From the NCBI GenBank assembly GCA_963715505.1, contig OY970242.1:1551810-1615809 (forward strand): DNA of 64,000 bases. The letters run 5' to 3'. This document shows positions 47,698-57,626 of the stretch, one piece after another. The DNA comes from an uncultured Microthrixaceae bacterium. GTDB taxonomy: Bacteria > Actinomycetota > Acidimicrobiia > Acidimicrobiales > VFJN01. The stretch's first letter is position 1, and every line of letters begins with the position of its first letter. The translations under genes and the position numbers were made by a program. The notes beneath the pieces are model-generated. The model did not search any database. It saw only the letters and a program-made list of their open reading frames with translations, and had not been told where the DNA came from.

Positions 47698-49094
47698 TAG
47701 GAGCCCCGGAGCAGATCTCGCAATAGACGCGCGTCGCTGCGCTGAGGAATCAGCAGCTCCCGCAGGCGCACGCCCCTGGAGACCCGTAAGAACATCAGTC
47801 CCAAGATCGCGAAGGTCGTGGCATAGGCGATGCTCGCCGCCCACGCCGCGCCCTGTACCCCGTGGCGCGGGATCAGCACCAGGTTGAGCACCACGTTGAC
47901 GACCAGCGTCGTGACTGTGGCGCCGAGGTTGAGGAGCGGCCGGCCTCGACCCGCGATGTCGCTCGCCAGGATTCGGGCCTGGCCGAGAAGCACCACCCCG
48001 GGCAGCAGCGCCTGGAGCGCCCCGGCCGCAGCCTCGTAGGTCTCCGAATAGAGCAGCACGACGACGACCTCGGCCACCAGGGCGACCACCACGCTCAGCG
48101 CAATTGTGATCGTGAACACCACTCGGCTGACCGCCACAGTGAGCTCGTCGCGAGCCTGATCGTCGGGCTCCGCTGCGGTCCTCGGCAGCAGGATCGTGCT
48201 GGCCACCTGTGACGGCAGCCACAGCCGCTCCGCCAAGCCGACCGCAACCGCGTAGACGCCTGCGGCCGATGCGTCGGCGAGCAGCCCAACGAGCAGGACA
48301 TCCAACCGGTACAGCAGGAGCGTCACGAGGTTGGCGGCATGGAGCTTGACGCCGTACGCGAGCGCGTCTCGAACGGCGACGCTGAGCACCGCAGGATCCG
48401 CTGGCGCGGTGCCGCGGCGTCTCGCTGGCAGGAACTCAGCTATGGCGCCACCGACCGCGGAGCCGAGCATCCATGCAGCGAGCGCGCCGGTGACACCGTG
48501 CGGAAGGACCACGACGAGCACCACGGTTCCGACGAGGCGTAGGACCGACTCGGCGACCTGGCTGATGCTGAAAGCGCGGTACTCGTGAAAGCCGAGCGCC
48601 AGTCCCTGGGACAGCAACAGGTACAGACCTGGCGCCACCCCGAGCAGGGCCACGAGTGCGCTTCCCATGCCGGAGCCTTCGGCTGGCTCGTATTCCAGCA
48701 GCAGGATCACCGCAGCGCCGACCGCCGTGGCGAGCCCTCCGAGCACCACCGACAGGCGCCGACTGAGGGATCGCAGCGTCGCGAACGAGTAGCTGCCGCT
48801 GGCACCGAGATAGGTGATTGAGGACCCGAGGCCCAGGCTGCCGCCGGAGATCGCGAACGCTGCGATCACTAGTGCGATGGCGAGCTCACCGTTGCGCGCG
48901 GGCCCGAGCGACCGCGCTGCGATGATCGACGTCGCCGAAGCGAGCACGACGCTGACGACATTGGCCAACCCCGTTCGCCGAGAGGCAGCGCGGAATCGCT
49001 CCGGAGCATCAGCCGTGCTGTCACCGAGATCCGCCAAGGGCTGTTCCGGCCTAGGGCGCAGCCCGTGGAAGCCGAGCGACGACGACGAGCCCAT
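47697..49094 (-). CDS. Oligosaccharide flippase (Wzx/MATE-like)
   Basis: ARSLGP...G, RLDVLLV, AGVYAVA, LNLVLIP..G..GAA; about 12 TM helices. Confidence 0.85.
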   Translation of the reverse strand: MGSSSSLGFHGLRPRPEQPLADLGDSTADAPERFRAASRRTGLANVVSVVLASATSIIAARSLGPARNGELAIALVIAAFAISGGSLGLGSSITYLGASGSYSFATLRSLSRRLSVVLGGLATAVGAAVILLLEYEPAEGSGMGSALVALLGVAPGLYLLLSQGLALGFHEYRAFSISQVAESVLRLVGTVVLVVVLPHGVTGALAAWMLGSAVGGAIAEFLPARRRGTAPADPAVLSVAVRDALAYGVKLHAANLVTLLLYRLDVLLVGLLADASAAGVYAVAVGLAERLWLPSQVASTILLPRTAAEPDDQARDELTVAVSRVVFTITIALSVVVALVAEVVVVLLYSETYEAAAGALQALLPGVVLLGQARILASDIAGRGRPLLNLGATVTTLVVNVVLNLVLIPRHGVQGAAWAASIAYATTFAILGLMFLRVSRGVRLRELLIPQRSDARLLRDLLRGS

Positions 49095-49818
49095 CCGCCC
49101 AGAAAGACGTCCGCCGGTACAGCAGGTTCGCGATCAGGCGCCGGGGCAATCCACGGAGCAGGGACGACACCCGAGTCCCGCCGCCGCTCACATACGGCTC
49201 AGATGGCGACGGGGCCTCGACGGTGACCCTGCGACGTAGGCGCCAGGACTCGAATGTGTAGGTGTACACCTCGTCGATCCGCAACCCGCATGACCGAACG
49301 AGGTGACACAGAGTCGCGTAGGAGAACCAGTACTTGTGATCGGGATGCACGAACTCCACGCCGCGCAACATCTGACGCAGCGTGGTGAGTCGGAAGGCGT
49401 TGGGCACGGTGATGATCAACTCCGTCCGCTCCGGTTCGAGCAAGTCCTGAACCGAACGCAGGAACGATCCCGGTTCGAGGAGGTGCTCGACGACCTCGCT
49501 CGCGATCACGACGTCGATGTGGCCGGGCTCGAGCAGCCGCGTCCACGACGGATCACAGAGGTCCGCGTGGATCAGGTCGGCATAGCCCCGCGCTTGTAGG
49601 AACGCGAGGCCGGCCTCGTCGGCATCGACACCCCACAGCCGTTGCGCGACGGCGCCCAGTCGGCTGTGCAGGAGATCGCCGTCTGCGAATCGCTCCTCGA
49701 ACAGTCCCGAATCGACGCATCCGAGGTGGACGACACACTTACCCCTGCTGCGGTCGACCAGGAAGTCGAAGCGGCCGTCGAGCATCTCGACATCCGGGAG
49801 GCGAACGTGGTCGCTCAT
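49051..49818 (-). CDS. SAM-dependent methyltransferase
   Basis: VVHLGC, GVD, SEVVEHL, ITVPNA. Confidence 0.82.
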   Translation of the reverse strand: MSDHVRLPDVEMLDGRFDFLVDRSRGKCVVHLGCVDSGLFEERFADGDLLHSRLGAVAQRLWGVDADEAGLAFLQARGYADLIHADLCDPSWTRLLEPGHIDVVIASEVVEHLLEPGSFLRSVQDLLEPERTELIITVPNAFRLTTLRQMLRGVEFVHPDHKYWFSYATLCHLVRSCGLRIDEVYTYTFESWRLRRRVTVEAPSPSEPYVSGGGTRVSSLLRGLPRRLIANLLYRRTSFWADGLVVVARLPRAAP

Positions 49819-51005
49819 GCCGCTGCCCCCGCGTAGACGGCATCGAGTCGCGCCGAGATGGCATCCAGCCCGTACCTCGACAGGGATCGTTCGGCGATGG
49901 CTCGTCGGTCGAGCGGGGTCTCGAGCAACGACGCGATCGCAGCACGCAGGGCGGGGACATCGCCCGGTTCGACGAGCGCGCCACAGGAGCCGTCGACTAC
50001 CTCAGGAATACCTCCCACCCGTGAGGCTACGACGGGAAGGCCAGTGACGAGTGCCTCGACGATCACGCAGGGAAGGTTCTCCCTCGAACTCGGGACGGCC
50101 AACACATCGGAGGTTCTCATCAGGTCAGCGACGGCCTGCTTCGGGACTGCACCGCACAGTCGAACGCGAGCCGTCAGGTCCTGGACGTGGATCCGCCGCT
50201 CCAGTTCGCCGCGGAGCGGGCCATCTCCGGCGATCACGAGGTTGACGCCGGCGAGGGGGACGATCGCCTCGAGGATGTCCGTCACGCCCTTCTCGGAAGA
50301 GAGTCGCCCCACGAACAGCACCTGTCGGCTCCACTCTCGGGGCGCGCCGCAGTGGAACACCGCCGGGTCGACCGTGTTCGGTACGACGACGTAGGCGCCG
50401 TGCAAGCCGCAGGCGCGCATGGTGCACGCGAGATCCTCGGACACCGGCATCAGCGTGCTGGCGACTCGAGCCGTCCACCGCGCCTTCAGCGCGGACAGGA
50501 AGCCGAGGTCTCCGCGCCCGAAGACGGAAGAGTGCTCAGTCATCACGAGTGGGATCCGCAGGAGCCTGGCGGCGACAGCTCCGAAGAAGGCGGCCTCGTG
50601 GACATGGGCATGGAGGATCGACGGCCGGAACCCGTCGCGCCTGAGCTGAACCAGCGCGATGCCGAGCAGCAGGAGCACCACCATGTTCTCGACGACCGCG
50701 GGACCGCGCACTCCCGGCCGTAGCCGGCGGACGGCAACACCGCCGTCGACCTCGTGATCCACGCTGTCGACCCACGACGGCCATGCAGGAAGGGTGGCGC
50801 GATGCCGGTCGAGATGGATGATCCGGAGGCGCGCAACCCGAGCGGCTGCCTTGGCGTGCTCTCGCACGAAGGTGCCCTGGATGTCCGCGTCGTCGGCGGG
50901 ATACCAGGCGGTGAGAAACAGGACTTGGCGCATCTGGTTCGCTTGTTCGACGTGACCACCGAAATCTAGGTGGTGGGCCGTGCCGACAGGGCGATGGCTT
51001 GTCAT
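49815..51005 (-). CDS. GT4 glycosyltransferase
   Basis: FVGRL..EKG, ENLPCVIVEA..G.PVV.S.VGG.PE. Confidence 0.9.
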   Translation of the reverse strand: MTSHRPVGTAHHLDFGGHVEQANQMRQVLFLTAWYPADDADIQGTFVREHAKAAARVARLRIIHLDRHRATLPAWPSWVDSVDHEVDGGVAVRRLRPGVRGPAVVENMVVLLLLGIALVQLRRDGFRPSILHAHVHEAAFFGAVAARLLRIPLVMTEHSSVFGRGDLGFLSALKARWTARVASTLMPVSEDLACTMRACGLHGAYVVVPNTVDPAVFHCGAPREWSRQVLFVGRLSSEKGVTDILEAIVPLAGVNLVIAGDGPLRGELERRIHVQDLTARVRLCGAVPKQAVADLMRTSDVLAVPSSRENLPCVIVEALVTGLPVVASRVGGIPEVVDGSCGALVEPGDVPALRAAIASLLETPLDRRAIAERSLSRYGLDAISARLDAVYAGAAA

Positions 51006-51018
51006 GAGCGCTGGCGGC

Positions 51019-51705
51019 TCATCGCTTCCTCCCGAGCAGCAGGAGGTTGCTCCGCGACAGAAGCGGCAGCTTGCCGAGCACGGCGCTCAAGGTGGGCCGC
51101 GTGGCGAGCCGCGAGGTCGCTCGGTGGTGGAGGGCTCGCGTCACCGAGGGCTCGACACCAGGGAACAACGACCGAACCCGCTGCTCAGATATCCCGTCGG
51201 GGATCGCGCCGGGAGCTCGGACGGTCAGGTCGTACCAGAGCAGCCAGCCACCAGGGCGAAGCACGCGCGTCATCTCTCGCGCGGTCGCCTCCTGGGCCGC
51301 AGCGCCGGGGATGGACGAGAACACCACGAACTGCGACACGAGGTCCACGCTGGAGTCTTCGAAGGGCAGTCCGAGCGAGGCATCCGCCGTCCTGACGTCC
51401 AGCCCCGGGTTGCACCGGCGCGCGCGCGCCACCCGCTCCTCGATCAGGTCGACGCCGTGGAGGTGCTCCGGGTCGGCGCCGAGCTCGACGAAGTAGCGGA
51501 GCCATCCGCCGCCTCCGCAGCCCACATCGAGGATGCGGAGGTCGCGGAGCGGCACCGCCTCGGCGACGAGGGCATCACGGATCGCCCACTCCAGCTCGTG
51601 GCGATGCGCGATCGACACGGGGTTGAGGGCGTGCCACGGGTGCGACGGGTCGGGATCGGCCGGGTACCGCTCGCGGTAGAGTCGCTCAAGCTCTTCGGCG
51701 TCCAT
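51019..51705 (-). CDS. SAM-dependent methyltransferase
   Basis: ILDVGCGGG, LPFEDSSVDLV, RVLRPGG. Confidence 0.88.
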   Translation of the reverse strand: MDAEELERLYRERYPADPDPSHPWHALNPVSIAHRHELEWAIRDALVAEAVPLRDLRILDVGCGGGGWLRYFVELGADPEHLHGVDLIEERVARARRCNPGLDVRTADASLGLPFEDSSVDLVSQFVVFSSIPGAAAQEATAREMTRVLRPGGWLLWYDLTVRAPGAIPDGISEQRVRSLFPGVEPSVTRALHHRATSRLATRPTLSAVLGKLPLLSRSNLLLLGRKR

Positions 51706-51821
51706 CGCTGCCTTCTCGGGGCTGGGCCACCGTCGAGCCGCTCCCGTCGGGACGCCCATGGTAGTTGGGCTCCGCACCGACACGACGACCCCTCGCGGCC
51801 GGAAGGGATCCAAGCCAGCGA

Positions 51822-53009
51822 ATGCCAGGCAAGCTCGACGGGATCCGCGTGGCCGCCTTCGTACCGCGACTGTGGCCGACGTTCGGTTCGGGCACGCAGC
51901 GGACCACCGCCTACGTCGACGGGCTCGTCCGGGCAGGGGCCGAGGTCACCGCGGCCGTTCCCATCGAGCGACCTCCCGGCATCGAGCCCCCCGCCGAGCT
52001 GGCGGACATCGACCTGCGTCTGATCCCCGATCCGCTGCGACGGGTGCCCTGGCAGCTCTTCCAAGCGGGTTCGCTGCTCGGCATGCCCGACCGCGCCGCA
52101 GCGGTGCATCGGCGAGTGCGGCGGCGGCTCGGGTCGTCGAGCCGCTACGACGTGGTGTTCGCGTCGGGGGCACCGTTCAGCGCGGTCTCCTCGGCGGCGC
52201 GCCTGGCGCAGCAGCACGACATCCCGCTGGTGGTCGACCTCCGGGACGAGTGGTCGGCCAACCCCTTCCAGCAGCGCCGCGGCCCGCTGCATCGCGCGGC
52301 AGAGCGACGCCGCGAGGGCGCAGCACTCCGGCACGCGGCTCTCGTGACGGCACCCATCCCGGAGATCCTCGACTCGCTGGTCGTGCGCCCCGAGGGTCAG
52401 CTCGAGGTCGTCGAGCACGGCTGCCACGCCGACACGATCCGGGCTCGGGTGGGGCCGGTACCTCCACTCGGGCCGGCGAGCCGACTCGTCGTCGTCTACG
52501 CAGGCACCCGCTACGGAGCGCTGAACGAGGAGCCGTTCCTCGAGGCCTACGCACGTTCCCCCTCACCTCCGCCCGTGGAGCTCCGGCTCATCGGAGCGGA
52601 CCGGCCGCTGCGCACGACCCCACCACCGGGCCTCACGGTGAGCGTCCGCGGCGCGATCCCCCACGCATCCCTGCTCGAGGAGTACGACGCTGCACACGCG
52701 CTGCTCAACTTCGTCCCGGCGACCTGGGGACCGGCGATCGTGCGCTCGAAGTTCGACGAGTACAAGGCGACGGGGCGTCCCCTGCTGGCGTTCGCACCCA
52801 GGCAGGGACGCCTCTTCCAGGCCACGGCAGCGACGCCGGGCGGCCACGCCGCCGACACGCCCGAGAGCCTCGCCACGGCGCTGTGGCGGATCTGCGATGA
52901 CGTTCGCGCGGCGCGCGACTTCCGTGACGCCCGCGAGGTGCGCAGCTGGACCGATGCCGGCGACCAAGCCGCGCGCGCGATGGCCGAAGTCCTCGGCGCC
53001 TCCCGCTAG
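51822..53009 (+). CDS. GT4-like glycosyltransferase
   Basis: SGAPFS, VDLRDEW, YAGT, SKFDEY.ATGRPLL. Confidence 0.82.
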   Translation: MPGKLDGIRVAAFVPRLWPTFGSGTQRTTAYVDGLVRAGAEVTAAVPIERPPGIEPPAELADIDLRLIPDPLRRVPWQLFQAGSLLGMPDRAAAVHRRVRRRLGSSSRYDVVFASGAPFSAVSSAARLAQQHDIPLVVDLRDEWSANPFQQRRGPLHRAAERRREGAALRHAALVTAPIPEILDSLVVRPEGQLEVVEHGCHADTIRARVGPVPPLGPASRLVVVYAGTRYGALNEEPFLEAYARSPSPPPVELRLIGADRPLRTTPPPGLTVSVRGAIPHASLLEEYDAAHALLNFVPATWGPAIVRSKFDEYKATGRPLLAFAPRQGRLFQATAATPGGHAADTPESLATALWRICDDVRAARDFRDAREVRSWTDAGDQAARAMAEVLGASR

Positions 53010-53052
53010 TGCGCCGCTCCGGCACCGGGGAGCCACGTGGTGGACTGCCGTG

Positions 53053-54042
53053 ATGCGGTGGCTCCTTGTCGGTGACGGCACGTCGGTGCACGTGCAGCGC
53101 ATGGCCGCGGGACTCACGGCCGCGGGCGTCGATGCACACGTCGCGACCCTTGCTCCTGGCGCGGCTGGCGACGCGCAGACCCACACGCTCTGGCCAGCCG
53201 GGACGGGCCGGGCACGCTACCCGGCCGCCATCGCATCTCTGCGATCGCTGGTGCGGCGCATCGCACCTGACGTGGTCAACGGCCACTACCTCACGGGCTA
53301 CGGCGCCCTCGCCGCCTTCGCACCGCAGGGCACGCTCGTCCAGACGACCTGGGGCAGCGATCTGCTCCGCACCGCGCAACGACCTCCCATGCGCCAGCTC
53401 GCGCGGTGGGCGCTGCGACGTGCCTCACTGATCACCGGCGACAGCGACGATCTGCTGGCGGCCGCGGGGGCGCTGGCGCCCGAGCGCCCGCGACATCGGT
53501 TCCTCTTCGGCCCACCGGACAGCGCCTGGGCCTCGCCGGCGCGCCCACGGGAGTCCGTGGTGGTCAGCGTCCGCAACCACGAACCCCTCTACCGGATCGA
53601 GCGCATCCTCGAGGCGTGGCCGCTCGTCACCGCTCGGCTTCCCCATCACCGCCTGGTCGTGGCCGGCAGCGGGCGGTTGTCGGAGGTGCTCCAACGGCGC
53701 GCGCCCGATGGCGTGCGCTTCACGGGGTCCCTCCCCCACGACGACATCGTTCGACTCCTCGGCACAGCTGACGTCGTGGTGTCGATCCCCCGGTCGGACG
53801 CCACGAGCGCCTCGGTGCTCGAGGCGCTGGCATCAGGCTGCGCGGTCGTGGCGTCCGACATCCCCGCGAACCGGGAGTGGGTCGACCCGGACCTGCTGTG
53901 GCCGGCGGCCGGCACGCCGAGCGACCTGGCCGACCTGATCGTCAGGGCCGCCGGACGGCAGGGATCGTTGGATCCGGCGCTGTCGTTCGAGCGCCAGGTG
54001 GCGTCCCTGATCGATCGGGTGTCGTCCATGTCGACGACGTAG
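53053..54042 (+). CDS. GT4 glycosyltransferase
   Basis: H...YG, WGSD, RNHEPLY, SD.TS.SVLEALASG. Confidence 0.85.
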   Translation: MRWLLVGDGTSVHVQRMAAGLTAAGVDAHVATLAPGAAGDAQTHTLWPAGTGRARYPAAIASLRSLVRRIAPDVVNGHYLTGYGALAAFAPQGTLVQTTWGSDLLRTAQRPPMRQLARWALRRASLITGDSDDLLAAAGALAPERPRHRFLFGPPDSAWASPARPRESVVVSVRNHEPLYRIERILEAWPLVTARLPHHRLVVAGSGRLSEVLQRRAPDGVRFTGSLPHDDIVRLLGTADVVVSIPRSDATSASVLEALASGCAVVASDIPANREWVDPDLLWPAAGTPSDLADLIVRAAGRQGSLDPALSFERQVASLIDRVSSMSTT

Positions 54043-55861
54043 CGGCCTGGGGCGCCTCGCAGACGACGCGGAGGCGTTCGATCGCCTCGGGCCGCGCGCG
54101 TGGTGCCAGGAGGCTCGTCGCGCGGTCGACCGGCAGGGGCGGAACCCACACATGGGAGATGAGCGGGTGTCCGTCGCGCCGTGACCCCTCGCCCGGCGCG
54201 AAGAGCTCCTCATGGAGCTTCTCACCCGCGCGCAGGCCGGTGAAGGTCACGGGCACGTCTCGGCCGGACTGCGCGATGAGCTGCTGGGCGACGTCGAGGA
54301 TCCGCACCGGGCGCCCCATGTCGAGCACCAGCACCTCGCCACGCGCCCCCACGGCACCCGCCTGGATCACCAGCTCGCACGCCTCGGCGATGGTCATGAA
54401 GAACCGGGTGACCTCGGGGTGGGTGACCGTGACGGGTCCGCCGGCAGCGATCTGCGCACGGAAGGTCTCGAGCATGGACCCGCGGCTGCCGAGCACGTTG
54501 CCGAACCGGACCGAGAGCATCTCGCCCGTTGCCGACCTGCCGATCTCGGCGGTGAGGCGCTCCGCGATGCGCTTGGTGAACCCGAGGACGCTCGCCGGGC
54601 CCGCGGCCTTGTCGGTCGACACGTTCACGAGGCGCTCCACTCCGTGCTCGCAGGCGAGCTCGAGCACGTTGAGCGTCCCCATCACGTTCGTCTTGATCCC
54701 CTCGTCGGGGTACTGCTCGAGCATCGGCAGGTGCTTGAGCGCGGCGGCATGGAAGACGACCTGGGGCCGATGGGTCTGGAAGATCTGCTCGAGCGCGGCA
54801 CGATCGCGTATGTCGGCGAGCACCACGTCGGGGGTGTCGAGGCGGGCGTGGCCGGCGATCGACAGCTGCACGCCATGCAGCGCAGACTCGTCGCGATCGA
54901 GCATCACGAGCTCTGCCGGATCGAACCGGTGGATCTGCCGGCACAGCTCGCTGCCGATCGATCCACCGGCACCCGTGACGAGCACCCGCTTGCCGGTCAG
55001 GTAGGCGGCGATCGAGGCGACGTCGGTGTCGATGGGCTGGCGGCCGAGCAAGTCGGCGGGCTCGAGCTCGCGGATGTCTCGGACCGTCACGTCGCCCTCG
55101 ATCAGCTCGACGACCGTCGGCAGCAGCTTCACCACGAGCCCTCGCTGGTTGGCACCTGCGGTCACCCTGCTGATGAGATCCCGCGATGCCGAGGGGATGG
55201 CGATGAGCACCGTCGAGACCTCGGCCGCGTCGGCGGCGGCCGCCACGTCCCACGTGGTCCCCACGACGGGGACGCCACGGATGCGGAGGTTGCGCTTCTC
55301 GGGATCGTCGTCGACCAGCGCCACCGGCAGGTAGCGGCCGAGCGGATCGCGCAGCATGGAGGAGATGACCTGCCGACCTCCTTCCCCAGCGCCCGCGATG
55401 AGCACCCGCTCCGCGCGGTCCTGGTGCGGGCGGTGTCGCCGATCGTCTCGCGCGCGTGCCCAGTAGCGGAAGCCACACATCAGCACGAAGGCGATCACCG
55501 CGCCTCCCACGACGGCGGTCAGCGGCACCATCCTCGGCCTGGTCGCGACGGCGTCGACCACGAGCAGACCGGCGCCCGCCAGGGCGACGGTCTTGGTGAC
55601 GGCAGCAACCTCCTCGAAGCTCCCTCGCTGCCACCGCCCGCTGTACAGGCCGCTCAGGCCTCCGGCGACGAGCTGGCACAGCAGTGCCACCGGCAGGATG
55701 GCGAGCTGACCCCACCACTCCAGCTTCGAAAGGTCGAAGTCGACGCGCAGCAGCGAGGCGGCCGTCAGACCGATGGCCCAGGCGAGCCAGTCGAGATCGG
55801 CCTGCACCGCGAACGTGTGGTTCAGGATGATCCGCCGTCTGCGAGTGGTTGCTGGGCTCAC
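53942..55861 (-). CDS. UDP-GlcNAc 4,6-dehydratase (CapD/PglF-like)
   Basis: N-terminal TM helices, GAGEGG, TGAGGSIGSE, HAAALKH, STDKA, RFGNVLGSRGS, GEKLHEEL. Confidence 0.92.
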   Translation of the reverse strand: MSPATTRRRRIILNHTFAVQADLDWLAWAIGLTAASLLRVDFDLSKLEWWGQLAILPVALLCQLVAGGLSGLYSGRWQRGSFEEVAAVTKTVALAGAGLLVVDAVATRPRMVPLTAVVGGAVIAFVLMCGFRYWARARDDRRHRPHQDRAERVLIAGAGEGGRQVISSMLRDPLGRYLPVALVDDDPEKRNLRIRGVPVVGTTWDVAAAADAAEVSTVLIAIPSASRDLISRVTAGANQRGLVVKLLPTVVELIEGDVTVRDIRELEPADLLGRQPIDTDVASIAAYLTGKRVLVTGAGGSIGSELCRQIHRFDPAELVMLDRDESALHGVQLSIAGHARLDTPDVVLADIRDRAALEQIFQTHRPQVVFHAAALKHLPMLEQYPDEGIKTNVMGTLNVLELACEHGVERLVNVSTDKAAGPASVLGFTKRIAERLTAEIGRSATGEMLSVRFGNVLGSRGSMLETFRAQIAAGGPVTVTHPEVTRFFMTIAEACELVIQAGAVGARGEVLVLDMGRPVRILDVAQQLIAQSGRDVPVTFTGLRAGEKLHEELFAPGEGSRRDGHPLISHVWVPPLPVDRATSLLAPRARPEAIERLRVVCEAPQAATSSTWTTPDRSGTPPGARTTAPDPTIPAVRRP

Positions 55862-55943
55862 CGGGCACCGATCGTACTTGTCGACGCTCGCGCCGAACGC
55901 TGCGCCTCACTGGGATCGGCGGGCCGGCACCGCTGCTGAAGCA

Positions 55944-57038
55944 TCAGCGAAAGCTGCCGACGCGCTCACAGACCTGGTCGACCTGGTCCTCGCTGAGGTG
56001 CGGGCCCATCGGCAGGGAGACGAGCTCGGCGGCGGCCTGCGCTGCGACCGGGCACGGGGAGGGGGCGAAGGGTCGCGTCGCCGGTTGGTTCGAGAGGTCG
56101 ATGGGATAGTGCACACCCGTGCCGATGCCGGCATCGGCGAGCCAGCTCTGGAGGTCGCTCCGGCGCTCTGCGGACGTGCGCACGCAGAGCAGGTGGTGCA
56201 CCGCACCGTCCTCCCATGGGACCAGCCGCACCGACGACACCGACGCGAGGTTGGCCCGGTAGCGCTCGGCGAGGCGACGCCGGGCGGTCGTCCACGCCTC
56301 CAAGTGGCGGAGCTTGATGCGGAGCAGGGCCGCTTGGAGGCCGTCGAGCCGGGAGGCGACCCCGATGTGGTCGTGGCGGTACTTGTCGCTCCGGCCGTGG
56401 TCCCGCCGCCGCCGAGCCGCGTCGGCCAGCGTGGCGGCGTCGGTCACGAGCGCGCCGGCATCACCGAGCGCCCCGAGGTTCTTGCCGGGGTAGAAGCTGA
56501 AGCAGGCCGCAGCACCGACGGTGCCGACGGGCGTGCCGTGCCACGTCGCGCGGTGCGCCTGCGCGGCGTCCTCGATCACCACGAGGCCCTCGTCCCTCCA
56601 GCGCTCGAGACGATCGAACGGCACGGTGTGACCGTAGAGGTGCACGGGGATCACCGCCCGGGTGCGCTCGGTCCGGACGGCGTCGAGCGCGTCTGCGGAG
56701 AGCAGGAGCGTCTCCGGGTCGACGTCGGCAACCACGGGAGTCGCGCCGACGTGCACGACGGCTTCGGCCGTGGCGACGAAGGTCATGGCTGGCACGACGA
56801 CCTCGTCGCCCGGTCCGATCCCGGCCGCGTGGAGGGCCAGCGCCAGCGCGTCCGTCCCCGAGGCGCAGCCGACGGCGTGCGTGCGGCCGTGTGCAGCGGC
56901 CAGCTCCGCTTCGAAGGCGCGCACCTCCTCACCGCCGATGAAGGCGCTCGACGCGAGGATCCGCTCGAAGCCGGCGCGCAGCTCCTGCGCGATCGGCTCG
57001 TGCAGTGCCGCCAGGTCGAGGAAGGGGATGGGGTCCAC
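55944..57038 (-). CDS. DegT/DnrJ family sugar aminotransferase (WbpE-like)
   Basis: SGTDAL, PVHLYG, EDAAQAH, SFYPGKNLGA.GDAG. Confidence 0.92.
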   Translation of the reverse strand: MDPIPFLDLAALHEPIAQELRAGFERILASSAFIGGEEVRAFEAELAAAHGRTHAVGCASGTDALALALHAAGIGPGDEVVVPAMTFVATAEAVVHVGATPVVADVDPETLLLSADALDAVRTERTRAVIPVHLYGHTVPFDRLERWRDEGLVVIEDAAQAHRATWHGTPVGTVGAAACFSFYPGKNLGALGDAGALVTDAATLADAARRRRDHGRSDKYRHDHIGVASRLDGLQAALLRIKLRHLEAWTTARRRLAERYRANLASVSSVRLVPWEDGAVHHLLCVRTSAERRSDLQSWLADAGIGTGVHYPIDLSNQPATRPFAPSPCPVAAQAAAELVSLPMGPHLSEDQVDQVCERVGSFR

Positions 57039-57041
57039 CGG

Positions 57042-57626
57042 TCAGCCCTGGCCCGGCGCGAGCACGGTCGCCGGGTTCCCCACCACACGCGCTCCGTCGG
57101 GCACGTCGCGCACCACGACGGCACCGGCCCCGACGATGGCTCGGGGGCCGATCACCACGCCGGGCAAGATCACCGCTCCGGCACCGATCACCGCGGCCGC
57201 ACCGACCGTCACGCCCCGGAGGTCGTCCTTCGTGCCGGGCTGGTTCGGGTAGCGAGCGTTGGTGAGGATGACGCCCGGTCCGATCCAGGCCCCGTCGTGG
57301 AGCACCGAGTGCTCCGGCACGAAGGCACCGCCGTGGATCCGCACCCCCTCGCCGATGGTGACGTGGTGCTCGATCATCGTGTGGCTTCCGACCGACGAGC
57401 CATCGCCGATCGTCGTCTCCTCGCGCACGAGCGAACCGTGCCCGAGGTGGACGTCGCGCCCGAGGCGGGCACCGCGGTAGACCACGGCGTGCGAGCGGAT
57501 GGTCGAGCCGGCGCCGATGACCGCCGGCGCATCAGCCGGGCCGTTCATGCCGACGACCGCGAGGGCTTCGATCGTCACCCCCGAGACGTCGACATCGTCG
57601 GCCACGACCGCCGCATCGTGCTTCAC
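57042..57626 (-). CDS. Hexapeptide-repeat N-acetyltransferase (WbpD-like)
   Basis: Left-handed beta-helix repeats, IGPGVILTN, VVGNPA. Confidence 0.88.
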   Translation of the reverse strand: MKHDAAVVADDVDVSGVTIEALAVVGMNGPADAPAVIGAGSTIRSHAVVYRGARLGRDVHLGHGSLVREETTIGDGSSVGSHTMIEHHVTIGEGVRIHGGAFVPEHSVLHDGAWIGPGVILTNARYPNQPGTKDDLRGVTVGAAAVIGAGAVILPGVVIGPRAIVGAGAVVVRDVPDGARVVGNPATVLAPGQG

